Source of the DNA: Chiloscyllium plagiosum
Taxonomy: Eukaryota
Reading direction: 5' to 3'
Assembly: GCF_004010195.1 (NCBI RefSeq)
Contig: NC_057719.1
Span: forward strand, 33,441,520 to 33,505,519
DNA: 64,000 nt
Part shown: positions 25,490 to 39,199 of the stretch, in pieces
Layout: each line of letters starts with the position of its first letter
Numbering within the stretch: position 1 is the first letter of the stretch
Made by a program: the position numbers and the translations under genes
Notes under the pieces: generated by a model
Seen by the model: only the letters and a program-made list of their open reading frames with translations
Told to the model about the DNA's origin: nothing
The model's database searches: none

Positions 25490-26060
25490 ACTCTGTCAGG
25501 GACGACTATATCTGCAACATAGAGAGTGGTGAGGATGAGGTCTAGTATGTTTTTCGCTCTTGTTGGTCTCTTCATCACCTAATGCAGACCCAGTTTAACA
25601 GCTATGTCCTTTGAGACTCGATCAACTTGATCAGTGCTGTCAATCCACAATTCATGATGGACAATGAAGTCCCCTATCCAGACTACACTCTGCCCCCAGC
25701 CACCCTCAGTGCTTCCTCCAAGTATTGTTTAATATGGAGAGTACAGGTTCATCAGCCAAGAGGCTAATCAGTGGGTTTCCTTGCTCACGTTTGCCCGGAT
25801 GTCCAGAGTCAATGTTGAGAACTCCCAGAGGAATTCCTTCCCAATTCTATACAACTGTGCCATCACCTCTGCTAGATCTGTTATATTCAGGAATGGTGAT
25901 GGTTTTATCTGGGACATTGTCTGTTAAGGTACGGTTCTGTTAGTATGTCTATGTAAGGCTGTTGTTAGACTATGAGACAGCTCTCCCAATTTTAGCACAA
26001 GCCCCCAGTGATTAGGAAAGAGGTCTTTGCAAGATTTAAAGGGCTGTGCTTACTGTTGTT
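25490..26060 (-). mobile_element. CR1/L2-group LINE endonuclease-region relic
   Basis: Minus strand VVWIGDFIVHHE-like motif near 25655-25690. Confidence 0.6.
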
Positions 26061-26078
26061 GGGTCTCTGGATTACTAG

Positions 26079-26258
26079 GAGATAGTGAGGACTGCAGATG
26101 CAGGAAAGTCAGAGTCAATAAAGTGCAGAACTGGAAAAAGCACAGCAGGTCAAGCAGCATCAGAGGACTGATGAAACATCCTGACCTGAAATGTTGACTC
26201 CCCTGCTCCAGTCATGCTGCTTGACCTTCTGAGCTTTGTCCAGCTCCATTCTTTACCA
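26079..26258. mobile_element. Penelope-derived fold-back element
   Basis: Terminus gagatagtgaggactgcagatgc; inverted arms; TSD tctctggattactag at 26064-26078 and 26259-26273. Confidence 0.78.
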
Positions 26259-26604
26259 TCTCTGGATTACTAGTCGGGCAATAATATCTCTGGGTCATCG
26301 CCTCACTCCAGTTTAGCTTCCAGATTTCAGAAAGCCTATATTCCCCTTCACACTTGTATGAGATTTGCACTTTGTTTACTCTTTTATCATACTGACTGAT
26401 TCCCTGGCTTTAAAGTTGCATCACTAACAACACAATGATGTGTATCCCAATATCGAAAAGGTCACCAATGTTTGACATCACTCAACATGCAACTCATCTG
26501 GGTCATTAGCTAACTGCATCAGTGTTAAAATAATGTGATGTGTGAAACCTTTTGGACAAGTCAGAGTAGCAAATCTTTCCATTGTAAGGGGGAGAATATG
26601 CAAC

Positions 26605-26833
26605 TGTCTACAGATGCTCCAGTTTCATCTCTCAGTCCAAAGATGTGCAGGTTAGGTGAATTGGCCATGCTAAATTGGCCATAGTGTTCAGGGATGAGTA
26701 GGATAGGTGCATTAGTCAGGTGTAAATATAGGTTAGGAGAATGGGTCTGGGTGGATTAATCTTCGGAGAGTCAGTATGGACTTGTTGGGCCAAAGGACCT
26801 ATTCCCACACTGTAGGGATTCTATGATTCTATG
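26605..26833 (+). mobile_element. HE1/V-SINE, 5'-truncated
   Basis: cagtccaaagatgtgcaggttaggtgaattggccatgctaaattg plus a CR1-derived tail. Confidence 0.85.
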
Positions 26834-27512
26834 AAGTTGTAACTTTGAATTGCGGCAGTTTTCCTTGCAAACTTTAAAGGTGCTGCATCCTTGTAAAATG
26901 CATTGCTGAAGCAAATTTGGCTTGTATATAGTATCTTAGAAAGGTATAAACACCTTTAGTCTGTGCTTTTTCTTCTTTTTTTTTAATCTGTAGGAAAAAT
27001 CACTTAATGGTTGCAGTTTAAATTTCTCCTGCATCCAACGTTACTTTGATCTCAGTAAGTGGACTATCAACATCCAAGGAAACATGATCTCGGGCTTGTA
27101 CAGATTAATATATTCATGGTGTATGATCCAAAGAGTTGCTGTCTTACCATCAGACAGATTAAGGAATTGTCCCAGTCACTCTTGTAGAGCAAATCAAGTT
27201 ATTTTAATCTATTACTCATCTAATCTTGAACAGCACAAAACTGTTAAGAACCAAAAAAGCATACACAGCCTCTATTCAACAAAAACTGGACAGATATAAC
27301 AATGTTCTATAGTATTGGTGTGCCATCAGTTGTCTACAAGATGATGTTTAAGTTGTATTAGTGGACATCAGTTTCTAAATTAAAAATGTATTTCAGATAC
27401 CTGTGAAATTGGCAAAAACACAAAGCTGGCATCTTGTAAATCTAAGCTTATTATTGGCAGTTTTTCTGCCAGTAAAGCAAATGCATCACAAGTACACAAA
27501 CCTTGGTCAAAA

Positions 27513-27560
27513 ATTAATTTAAAATATAATTTAAAATTTAATTTAAAATATAATTTAAAT
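27513..27560. repeat. AT-only 12-bp tandem repeat
   Basis: About four copies of aatttaaaat(a/t)t. Confidence 0.7.
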
Positions 27561-29593
27561 TGGTGTTTGCTGTTTAAATTGCCTCGAATAATACCATTCT
27601 CCAAGACAGTAGCTGTCTTGTGAATGAAGAAGAAAACTGGCCAGTAGACAAAGGTAATTTTGAGCCCAATCCAGTCAAACAGACCTCAAGTCTTCATTTG
27701 AATGTACATACAATCAAACCAGCTTTGTGAAAGAAGGAAAAAACAAATAATTCGCAGTTGCATAACCCATCATCACAATGCAAGGTCATGCATTCTAAAT
27801 CACTGTATTACTTTGGAGTCCACTCACTGGCATTATATAAGTAAATTTGACAAGCAATTACGGTCCCTCAAACAGCAAAGGATTAATCTGGTTTTAATGG
27901 TGTCCGTTTAGCCAGGACACCAAATTAATCCTGAGTTCTTTGCTGAAAATCCATGAGACCTTTTATAGCAACTCAGACAACTGGGGTTAACTCAGTCTGT
28001 AACTCTAAAGAAAACCCAGAGAAATGTCATTCTTCTTTTGAGCAACTGAAGAAGCAATATTTAATTCAATGGCCAGAGTGCTATCAAGCCTACTAAGTTT
28101 ACAGTAAGAAGTATAGTCAGAAGTATAAGTAGTAAATTCTAATTCCTCAGATTACTTTACATAAAAATGTTTAGTAATTTTAAAAAATATATATATAATG
28201 CTTAGTTACTAGTTGTCACCTTCTAACAAATCCTTATGGAAGGTCAGGGATTTTTTTTTCATTTTAATATATTAGTCATTAAAAAATCTAAGTGACTCCA
28301 CATCAACACCAACGTTGTAACATATAAGGATGCCATTAAAATTGGCAAAAACAATTAACTAGTGTTAAAATATAAAGGATAAATAAATTTTCAATGTCCA
28401 ATTTATGTTTTAGAAGTTTACAGACAACCTGACTATCCAGTTCAATATGGAGTATGTGGCAAATTCAGTCTAACAAGTAAATTTAGCAGAGGTTCTGTTC
28501 AGATGATAGCACATGGCATCTTATCATGACAGAGCTGGTTCAAATAGATAATTAAATGATAAACGTCTACAGTGAATTTCAAATCACAGAAAGTGAACAA
28601 AATAACTTCTGCTCTCAAAATACCTTAAATATTTCAATACATTCACAAATGGGAAAAGAAAGAAAAGTAAGGACAAATGGAAATTCTAGAAGTGATGACA
28701 ATGAAAATATCAAAGACAAGGAGTGTATGAAAGCACAGCATGGAGTAGCAAGGCAGAAAGGTTCAGAAAGAGAGTTGCAAGCATAGGCCTTACCAGCAGA
28801 CAGTTCTACCTCTGATCCTGGATTGAGATAGAGTTTAATCTAAAGTACATTGTTTAGTTTTAAGAAGTTGCAGTAATAATCTGGTTTGATATAGTTCCTG
28901 ATACATGGTTGTTTGTTTACACAGCTTAATGGTGTGTAAGGAATTAAATTGTTTTCTATGCACCTACAGTTTCATTCACAGTATCAACGAGAGAGGATTG
29001 AATGAGTGTTCTGTCAACTGGCGCAGAGTTAATGTTTCACACCTGCACTGGTTGCTATTATATTGCTTCTGTGGACTCTATATTGTGAGCCATTTTAGTT
29101 TCTCAGGATTGAAGATGATTCCCTCCATTCAATGGAGATGAATATTATGTCCAATGCATGATCTGTAGATTCTGCTAAATCAGAGGCAGCATGTGCTTGA
29201 GGGAGTGGGCAAATTAAATGTTTGGAGGTTTGTGTGCTGTCTCCAATACCTCAACTTTGCCGCTGCATGCTTCTGAAGTCCCTTCATGTGTTTAGAGCCT
29301 TCCTGAATAAACATTGAAAGTTTTAGCTGGTTGCAAGCTGGGAACTCCCAGGATCTCAAGGGATACTTTGATAACATCCTTAAATCATTTCTACTGTCCT
29401 TTTGGAAATCTCTTGCAAGTGCTTCACAAGTTTGTTATCAAGTATATATGAGTGATGTGCCACAGGCAACTAAACTAATTTTAAGTGTCTAGTGCCTTAA
29501 TGTTGGGCATGTTGGCTTGGGCAAGGCTGCTGCTGTTGGACAGTTTTTCTTGCCATTGGATTTGGAGAATCTTCCAAAAGAACTGCATGCAGT

Positions 29594-30770
29594 ACATAAA
29601 AGAATACAGCGCAGAACAGGCCCTTCGGCCCTCGATGTTGCACCGACGCTTGAACTATTCTCAGCTCGTCCCCTACACTATCCCATCATCATCCATGAGC
29701 TTATCCAAGGATTGTTTAAATCTCCATAATGTAGCTGAGTTAACTACATTAGCACTCTCTGAGTAAAGAACCTGCCTCTGATATTTGTCTTAAATCTATC
29801 ACCCCTAAATTTGTAGTTATGGCCCCTTGTACAAGCTGACGTCATCATCCTAGGAAAAAGTCTTTCACTGTCTACCCTATCTAATCCTCTGATCATCTTG
29901 TATGTCTCTATCAAATCTCCCCTTAGCCTTCTTCTTTCCAATGAGAACAGACTCAAGTCTCTCAGCCTTTCCTCATAAGACCTTCCCTCCAGACCAGGCA
30001 ACATCCTGGTAAATCTCCTCTGCACCTTTTCCAATGCTTCCACATCCTTCCTGTAATGGGGGCGACCAGAAGTGACACAATATTCCAAGTGTGGCCGCAC
30101 TAACATTTTGTACAGTTGCAGCACAATATTGCGGCTCTGGAACTCAATCTCTCTACAAATGAAACCTAACACATGGTATGCCTTCTTAACAACACTATCA
30201 ACCTGGGCGACAACTTTCAGGGATCTATGTACATGGACTCCAAGATCCCTCTGCACATTCACTCTACCAAGAATCTTTCAATTGACCCAGTACTCTGCCT
30301 TCCTGTTATTCTTCCCAAAGTGTATCAACTCACATTTAGCTGTATTAACACTATTTGCCACCTCTCAGCCCAATCCTGCAGTTTATCCAAGTCCCCCTGC
30401 AATCTTTAACATTCTTACAAGCTGTCCACTACTCCACCAACTTTAGTGTCATCTGCAAATTTACTAATCCATCCAGCTCTGCCTGCTATCTATGCCATCC
30501 ATAAAAATGACAAACAGTAGTGGTCCCAAAACAGATCCTTGTGCCACACCACTAGTAACCAGTCTCCAGGCTGAATATTTTCCATTAACCACCACTCGCT
30601 GCTTTCTTTCAGAAAGCCAGTTTCTAATCAAAACTGCTAAATTACCCTCAATCCCATGCCTCTGCATTTTCTCCAACAGCCGACCATGTGGAACCTTATC
30701 AAAGGCTTTACTGAGGTCCATGTATACCACATCAACTGCCCTACATTCATCTACTTTCTTGGTCACCTCT
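29594..30770 (-). mobile_element. CR1 LINE (RT and C-terminus)
   Basis: [38 protein letters not shown]...VRPHLEYC...RRRLRGDLIETYK. Confidence 0.95.
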
Positions 30771-30891
30771 CTAGTACTTTGAGGGGCCTGCTGTAGGTTG
30801 TTAAAAGTCTCTAAAGTGTATAAGCGTGCAGACAAAACTGCTGCTCCGTAAACCATGATGTTAGTCTTACATTTGAGATCCTGTTTTAAAG

Positions 30892-31345
30892 GGTTCAGAA
30901 AAGATTTACAAGGATTTTGCCAGGGTTGGAGGATTTGAGCATAGGGGAGGCTGACAAGGCTGGGGCTGTTTACCCTGAAGGGTGACCTTATAGAGATTTA
31001 TAAAATCATGAGGGGCATGGATAGGGTAAATAGACATGGTCTTTTCTCTGGGGTGGGGGAGTCCAGAACTAGAGGGCATAGGTTTAAAGTGAGAGGGGAA
31101 AAAATTAAAAGGGACCTAAGCGGCAAAGTTTTCATGCAGAGGGTGGTGCGTGTATGGAATGAGTTGTCAGAGGACGTGGTGGAGACTGGTACAATTACAA
31201 CATTTAAAAGACATCTGGATGGGTTTATGAAGAGGAAGGTTAAACGGGTTTGGGCCAAGTACTGGCAAATGGGACTAGATTAGGTTAGGATATCTGGTCA
31301 GCATGGAAGAGACTGTTTCCGTGTTGTACATCTCTATGACTCTAT
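30892..31345 (+). mobile_element. CR1 LINE 3' end
   Basis: ORF 31008..31283 TRGHRFKV...RVVRVWNEL, plus tail. Confidence 0.9.
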
Positions 31346-31944
31346 AATTACTCTTTTCCTCTGTTCACTGAAGGCAGAAATTAATTTTGCCATCTAGTTC
31401 TATGTTTATTGAGAAAAAGTGGCCAAAATATAGAAAATGGTGCACATTGTCTAGGATTTGCCATTGATCATAATTGGTGGTGAGTGTGGGAGCTGCTTGG
31501 AAGAGGATCTCTAGCTTATCATATTTGGTATACTTCAGAGGGGGAGTTGACAATGCCTTGCAGCTTAATTTTCATATTGAAGCTTTGTGACTGACGTTGG
31601 AGTGGTGTTAGCTTTGTATTGAAAACATTCATTGAAGCTTCCTGTCTGTTCTAGAGATTAGCTCCGTGGCTATGGGTACTTTTCTGGACATGAGGATACA
31701 ATGTAGATACTCGGTGAGTGGCTTGGCAGAATATGTGGGAAGTGGGCAAATGGGGAGAGATCATGGACATTATATGTGGTAAGGCAGTGGGTGTGGGGTA
31801 AGGAATAAGCTTGAGGTGCAATAAAAATACTGCCCCCCCCAAAAAAAGCCTTTCTAAACAACACAATTAGACATTGGCACCCACACACATAGCATACCAC
31901 ACTGCAACACTAAGTAGTACAATGCACATTACCCTAGCATGAAA

Positions 31945-32530
31945 ATAGAACACATGGACAGGTGTAGTCATTCAGCCCATCAATGTTAGCCCAACGTTCC
32001 TTCCAATCACAGCTGATCATTTACTTCAATGCCTTTTCCTCACACCATTTCTATGGTGCTTTACCTCAATCATATTTAGAATAATTTCAATCTATACATT
32101 AAGCATATTCAATGCTTGAGTTTCCTTAGCTGTCATGGGTAAAGAAGAGTCTTCATCTCAATTCTTCGCAGTTTCCCCCTCATCTTGGCATTGAGTCCGT
32201 TGGTTTTAGATTCCACATCTTACCTGCATCTATGCTATCTATCCTTTTGAAAATCTTGTTAGTTTCAATCAAATCATCTCTTGTTTTTCAAGCCCAGTTT
32301 GCCAAATTTCTCTTCAAAGGACAATGCTTCCATCCCAAACCTGCTGAGTTTCTCAAGTATTTTCTGTTTTCATACTATACCCACCAACTCCCCTTTATCA
32401 ATCCTGTTTCTAAGTTCCTCAAAGTCTCCAAAAAAGTTAATCAGCCAAGATTTCCCATTTACAAATCCATGATGACTATGCCCATCAGATTATGATCACC
32501 TAGCGTCCATTTATCATATTCCCTATGAGA
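31945..32530 (-). mobile_element. Highly decayed CR1 fragments
   Basis: Reverse CR1-like tail and RT-region remnants. Confidence 0.5.
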
Positions 32531-32929
32531 AACAAAAGTTAGACATAAGTCAGGAGTGTGTTTCTGAAGGCACAATTTCACCTGATTTACATATTGCAGG
32601 TCCAAGATGAAAATCTGGGCACACAAGTCACATTCTGTCAATTGTAGCATGTGTAGTTTATTCTATGTCCCCATTTCCCAGTCCATTTCCCTAGCCATAC
32701 AAAATGTTCCCTCAATTTTGTGCATGTTCAATTTTTGCTAATAATCTTCTGGCATTGTGAATACTGATAATATACTAGTTCATCTAGACTATTTTATTCT
32801 GTTGAATGTCTAGTCCAACCTTTTTCTCTTCAACTTGGGATTTGATGATAAGAATTGTGAACTGAATAATATTTGTGAGCAAGAATCCTGTTTTCACTAT
32901 ATTTTGATGGGACACATATTTTTACTTAC

Positions 32930-33051
32930 AAGTAATGCTCAAAGTCAAAACTATGCAGTGCAAAAATCTCACTTCTGGGAATGATAACACTCCTTGTAAT
33001 CTCAGTCTCAAATATAAATTCAAATGTCCACATAGCAGGGCTGAAATTCCT
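32930..33051 (-). CDS. Candidate internal exon (122 nt), product unknown
   Basis: Acceptor ttttatttccacag, donor TT|gtaagt. Two frames are open (RNFSPAMWTFEFIFETEITRSVIIPRSEIFALHSFDFEHY or GISALLCGH...). No recognised homology. Confidence 0.3.
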
Positions 33052-33891
33052 CTGTGGAAATAAAATGCTATAAACTTACAACTTCTGTCAGAAACGAACA
33101 CCATTTTAACAGGGAATTCCTGACCAAATTGCAACACCATCCCCGGCTGCTGCTAAAATGAGAAATCCTTCATATCCAGCGCAACTTGAATTTGGTGATA
33201 GTTGAGCTGGGAATAGACTCTGAGCTCATCCTTACAGTCTACTACATTAAATGGAAACTCTAATGTCGGGCCCAGCAGGACTTCTCACACGCATCAATCA
33301 TTCAAATGTTTGGTGAGGAAGAACCTGAGGACCTGCAATGCAAACACAGGCTGTCCAAGTTAGCAGGAATTCCTATCGGGCATTTAGCACAGGCACAAAG
33401 CCTTGCTGCTACTGCCTGACAGCTTTGTCTACGACAACAGGCAGGGATACACTGATTACAATTATACAGAAAGGATGGCCAAACTATATTTCTAAAAGTA
33501 GTTATATATGATTGTTAAGGTTTGTTTTTCAATGTAAGTCAAGAGATACTCAAGTCAATTTGTATAGAACAGAAATTGCAAGAAGGTATGATACCACCAT
33601 CTCGACCTTTGAAGTGCCAAATAGAAATATCCTATCATAGAGAACAATAGACCACTTGGACCTTTGAACCTGCTCTGCAATTCAATAAGATCACAACTGG
33701 TTCATACTTACCCCTGACAATCTTTCATCCCTTGCTTCTCAAGAAATTAGCTCACTCTACCTTGAAAAAATTAAGAATTTCAGAAAGAATATTCCAAAGA
33801 TCCACTACAGTTTCGGAAAAAACATTACTCCTCATCTTCATTTTAAATGGATGACCCCTTTTTTAAAATTAGTAAAATCATTCTAGGTTCT

Positions 33892-34527
33892 AGAGTCATT
33901 GAGTCATACAGATGTACAGCACGAAAACAGACCCTTCAGTCCAACTCGTCCATACTGACCAGATATCCCAACCCAATCTAGTACCAACTGCCAGCACCTG
34001 GCCCATATACCTCCAAATCCTTCCTATTCATATACCCATCCAAATGCCTTTTAAATGTTGCAATTGTACCAGCCTCCACCACTTCCTCTGGCAGCTCATT
34101 CCATACACGTACCACCCTCTGAGTGAAAAAGTTGCCCTATAGGTCTCTTTTATATCTTTCCCCTCTCACCCTAAACCTATGCCCTTTAGTTCTGTACTTT
34201 CCCCAACCCCCAAAAAATCGTGTCTATTTAACCTATTCATGTCCCTCATGATTTTATAAACCTCCATAAGGTCACCCCTCAGCCTCTGATGCTTCAGGGA
34301 AAACAACCCTAGCCTATTCAACCTCTCCTTATAGTTCAAATCTTCCATTCCTGGCAACATCCTTGTAAACCTTTTCTGAACCCTTTCAAGTTTCACAACA
34401 TCCTTCCGATAGGAAGGAGACCAGAATTGAATGCAATATTCCAACAGTCTAACCAAAGTCATGTACAGCCACAACATGACCTCCCAACTCCTGTACTCAA
34501 TACCCTGACCAATAAAGGAGAGCATAC
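33892..34527 (-). mobile_element. CR1 LINE 3' part nested in an older CR1 (33640-34820)
   Basis: ORF 34166..34525 LEYCIQFWSP...[15 protein letters not shown]; older CR1 sequence on both sides. Confidence 0.9.
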
Positions 34528-34996
34528 CACAACAGGAAATGTCCTTTCTACATCCATCCTATCAAGACCTCTCAGGATCTTATATGCATTAAGCAAGTCA
34601 CCTCTTATTCTTCTCAACTTTTGTGGATACAAGCCCAGCCTTTTCCTCATCAACCAACCCATTTTAGGTATTGGTCAAGTAAACTTTGTCTGAATTATGC
34701 CCAATGCATTCACCATCTTTTTTGAATAAGGAGACTAATACTGTACACAAACATCTGGGTATGGTTTCACCAATGTCCCATACAACTGAAATGTAACCTC
34801 CCTATTTTCATTCAATTCCCAGACTCATCATAACCATTAAAATAAGTGAAAGAGATGCAACCAAATTGAATAAAATGAAAAGCAATGGTGACTGCACAAA
34901 ATAACGATATCTCTAAATGTGGAAATAACCCAAGAGCAAAGAAAAGGACATAACGTCAGGTTCAAAGACCTTAGTTTGGCTCTATCTAATGAACTT

Positions 34997-35992
34997 AGAG
35001 TTGTATAGACCATTTGGTCCAACTATTCCATGACAACCACATTTCATAAATTAATCTCGTGCCATTTGCCAGCATTTGGTCCATATCTCTCTAAACGCTT
35101 CCCATTCATATATTCATTCAGATGCCTTTTAAATATTGCAATTGTACCAGCCTCCACCACTTCCTCTGACAGCTCATTCCATACACACACCACCCTCTGC
35201 TTGAAAAAGTTGCCCCTTATGTCCCTTTTAAATCTTTCCCCTTTCACCTTAAATCGATGCCCTCTAGTTTTGGACTCCCCCACTGCGGGCACATTCCTGA
35301 TGAAGGGCTTATGTCCAAAACATTGATTCTCCTCCTCCTCGGCTGCTGCCTGACCTGCTGTGCTTTTCCAGCACCACACTGTTCGATGGGTAAATACCTA
35401 GTCTATTCACCCTATGTCCCACATGATTTTATAAACCTCTATAAAGTCACCCCTCAGCATCTGACTCTTCAGAAAAAAATAGCCCACGCTATTCTGCTTC
35501 TCGCTATAGCTCAAACCCCCCAACCTTGTAAATCTTTTCTGAACCCTTTCAAGTTTCGCAACATCCTTCCTTGAGCAGAGAGACCAGAATTAGATTAGAT
35601 CAGATTGCCTGCAGTGTGGAAACAGGCCCTTCGGCCCAACAAGTCCACACCGACCCTCCGAAGAGTAACCCACCCAGACCCATTTCCCTCTGACTAATGC
35701 ACTTAACACTATGGGTAATTTATCATGGCCAATCCACCTGACCCGCACATCTTTGGACTGTGGGAGGAAACCAGAGCACCCAGAATGTGCAAACACCACA
35801 TAGACAGTCGCCCGAGGCTGGAACTGAAGCTGGGACGCTGGTGCTGTGAGGCAGCAGTGCTAACCACTGAGCCTCTGTGCTGCCCCAATGAAACCTGCAC
35901 AGAGTATTCCAAAAGTGGCCTAACCAATGTCCTGTACAGCTGCGACATGACCTCCCAACTCCTGTACTCAATGCACTGACCAATAAAGGCTT
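34997..35992 (-). mobile_element. CR1 LINE 3' part interrupted by a PLE fragment (35290-35382) and a SINE
   Basis: TRGHRFKVKGERFK...VWNEL and FIGQCIEYRSWEVMSQLYRTLVRPLLEY. Confidence 0.88.
35590..35884 (-). mobile_element. HE1/V-SINE
   Basis: tRNA-like head, V-domain and (tagat)n tail. Confidence 0.9.
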
Positions 35993-36789
35993 GAACAGAA
36001 GATGTCAAATATCTTCCACAACACTCAGTAAAACAATCTTACTTCAAATAATGATGAGCATCAATGCTGGAAATGTAGCATAAAAAGTAACCTTTTTTAG
36101 CTATTCCTACTATTGCAAATCTCTAGTTCATGATTCATGTATTTTGAAATGTAAATGTTAGTTTTTGGAAGTGCAGTTTTTAATTATAGAAAATTATTTG
36201 AAGTGAATACAAGTAAAACAAGCTTTACGCCATGTTGACTGAAGAGGCTATGAGTTAGAAAGGCACAATAAAATAAAGTAGATTAAGAAACTTAAACAGT
36301 GAATGATCTCTAGGTGGAAACAAGATTTCTTTCTTCAGATCAAAGAAGAAATCATACACGCAAGGTAATTAACCAGAAGGCCCATTTGAGCGCATTCGCA
36401 GAGCATGCCATATTGTCATGGAGATCTGTGAAACTTAGGAAAATTCAAACTTATCTGGATTTTTCCTGAGAGTTTTAGTTGTAGCTTGGACTTAGTGGGA
36501 CAATCACAGAGAGATTATGCCACAGAAATACTGCTCCATATTCTAATTAAGAGAGTGAAATAGCTCAGTTAACAATGGTTTCCACAGACATCAGCAGGCC
36601 CCTTGCTTGTCTGGACCAAACAAAGAGCAATTTCCTGTTTTCCCTCAGCTACATCCATCACTTCCCCAAATATACAACCAAAGACTGATAAATTCAATCT
36701 CTGATTATGGGGACATAGGTGTTCAAGGTAAGCACTGGAACTTAAACCAAAAATGGAATCCATCACAAAAGCTGACTCATACTGTCAAG

Positions 36790-37175
36790 GTACCAGTGTT
36801 AGACTGGGGTAGATAAAGTCAGGAGTCTCTCCACCCTGGAGGCTCCCTGCCTGCATTCCTGATGAAGGGCTTTTACCTGAAACATCGATTTTCCTGCTCC
36901 TCGAATGCTGCCTGACCTGCTGTGCTTTTCCAGCACCACTGTAATCCATTCAGCTGTTGACACTTTACTCACATTGTCTGACACTTTTGATCACCTGCAG
37001 AGACTTATTATTTCACACTCCACTCATATCTTTTGTATGATCTTTTGATCTCTCTGCCAATAAATTCTGTGTCTGTACTTTTTTTCACTTCACCTAATGA
37101 AGCAGTACTCCGGAAGCTTGTGATTTCATATAAGCCTGTTGGACTGTAACTTGGCATTGTGTGACTCCTGACTTT
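36790..37175 (+). mobile_element. Nested Penelope-like terminal fragments
   Basis: CTGATGAAGGGCTTTTACCTGAAACATC at 36859-36886 and a second-family decayed core cacctaatgaagcagtactccggaagcttgtg at about 37091. Confidence 0.65.
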
Positions 37176-38400
37176 AGATTAGAGTGTTACCTAGTCAACA
37201 ACTGAATAGCAAGTGAAGGGGATCACCTATTATTATCCAATTAACTGAGGCAAAGAGATAATTAACAAAAAAAAACAAAGCGATGCTGGAGACAAACAAA
37301 AAGAGGCTGGAATAACATTATAGGTCTTAGAGTTGCATGTCGAGGGTCTAATCAAAGTAACAAGTAATGCAAAACTGAACAAACTAATTATGGCAGAGAG
37401 ATCATAAGAAGTTATCAAGGTAATGGTGTTAGATGAGGACAGTAAGTAAGATTTGCAAATACAGAGCAGTCTGGTAGGGTTACATGTAGTGCCAGTGATA
37501 ATCCATTATCAGACCCAATTCTTTTATGGCAGGCTATGACGTCAAGTATAAGGTCAATCACTGAGAGGATTAGGACACAAAATAATCCAACATCCTATAA
37601 TTTATCTATCCATGCCCTTAATCTCTTCAGTAATCAGTGATATTAGTGTGGCACAGTAAGCCATTTTAATAGGAAGATTTATTTGGATAATTTCTTTCAA
37701 AAGCTGATTTTCTATGTTAGATGTGTGTGCCTAGCTTAGCCCACTTTTCTCCTGGGTTTAAAGTCTTACAACAAGGTATTCATGAAATATTGCAGAGCAA
37801 GTTGCATTTCATTGATGAGTTGTTTTTTCCATCAAAGTTTAGATTCCTTGTAATGTATCACACAATAATGTCAGTTCCAAAACAGGGCCAGTTGATTGTA
37901 GTGTTTGCGGGCATTATTCGACATTTTAGGCACAAAAGCATTTCAGAAATACAAACTGGTTTAATGTAGAAATCTGTAAGCTGAATACATAATATTTCTA
38001 TGAAAAGGTTGACTATTAAAGAAATGCACCTGTCAATGAGTGCATGTTAAATGGAAGCTGTTGTACTTTTTGTGTAAAGTCAAACAGAATACATTTGTAA
38101 GTGTTGCTCGCCTCTTCACAGCATCAATATTTCCTGTCAATTAGGCAAACGAAAAGCTGATGCTCGAGTTTCTTTATGGTTACACAATAAAATAAGCCAT
38201 TTAAATTTCCTGTCATAATATAGCTCAAAGAGGAAATTCCTGGGAATCAGATAGTGGATGATGCAGTCAACTCTGAAATCGATACATCTCTGATGTCTGG
38301 AGGGTCAATAACTCCTGTAAGTTGTCTGAGCATTTTATTTTTATATGAATTCACCCATACCAACCTGCATATAAACGTATGAGGGCTATCAGATCCTGGT

Positions 38401-38605
38401 TTAGATTAGATTAGATTATTTACAGTGTGGAAACAGGCCCTTCGGCCCAAAAAGTCCACACCGACCCGCCGAAGCGCAACCCACCCATACCCCTACATTT
38501 ACCCCTTACCTAACACTACGGGCAATTTAGCATGGCCAATTCACCAGACCTGCACATCTTTGGACTGTGTGAGGAAACCGGAGCACCTGGAGGAAACCCA
38601 CGCAG
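38401..38605 (-). mobile_element. HE1/V-SINE (left arm of an inverted pair, runs into an N gap)
   Basis: V-domain and tail in reverse orientation. Confidence 0.9.
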
Positions 38606-38664
38606 NNNNNNNNNNNNNNNNNNNNNNNNNNNNNNNNNNNNNNNNNNNNNNNNNNNNNNNNNNN

Positions 38665-38900
38665 GGCGACTGACTGTGTGGAGTTTGCACGTTCTCCCCG
38701 TGTCTGTGTGGGTTTCCTCCAGGTGCTCCGGTTTCCTCCCACAGTCCAAAGATGTGCAGGTCAGGTGAATTGGCCATGCTAAATTGCCCGTAGTGTTAGG
38801 TAAGGGGTAAATGTAGGGGTATGGGTGGGTTGCGCTTCGGCGGGTCGGTGTGGACTTTTTGGGCCGAAGGGCCTGTTTCCACACTGTAAATAATCTAATC
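38665..38900 (+). mobile_element. HE1/V-SINE (right arm of the inverted pair)
   Basis: V-domain and tail; near-perfect reverse complement of the left arm. Confidence 0.9.
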
Positions 38901-39199
38901 CTTGTGATCAGGACTGGATCTTTGAGCTAAACTTTATGTATTTTGTCTAAGTTGGAACTACATCAAGTTTTCTTTTGAAAGGTTTGACACTGTGAGGCAT
39001 GGTGAGTTCTCTCATTATATCTTACCAAACTTGCTACAGAAACTTCCTACTAAGGCCCAGTGGTGTCTCAATTTGGAATTCCAACCCAAGTTACCACATG
39101 CCGTTATCAGAATAAACTGCCAATCTGCGGGCATCTTGGAATTCATCTTGACATCTCTTAAAGTGGGCCATCTGTAAAAGATCCTTGTGCACCCAGACA

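Larger units (their letters stand above)
29190..31655 (-). mobile_element. RTE-clade LINE relic split by two CR1 insertions
   Basis: Three collinear minus-strand pieces: ILDNVHHFLYFG...INFCLQ (31365-31470), [17 protein letters not shown] (30800-30856) and WKILQIQWQEKLSN...ANMPNIKAL (29490-29590). Confidence 0.7.
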
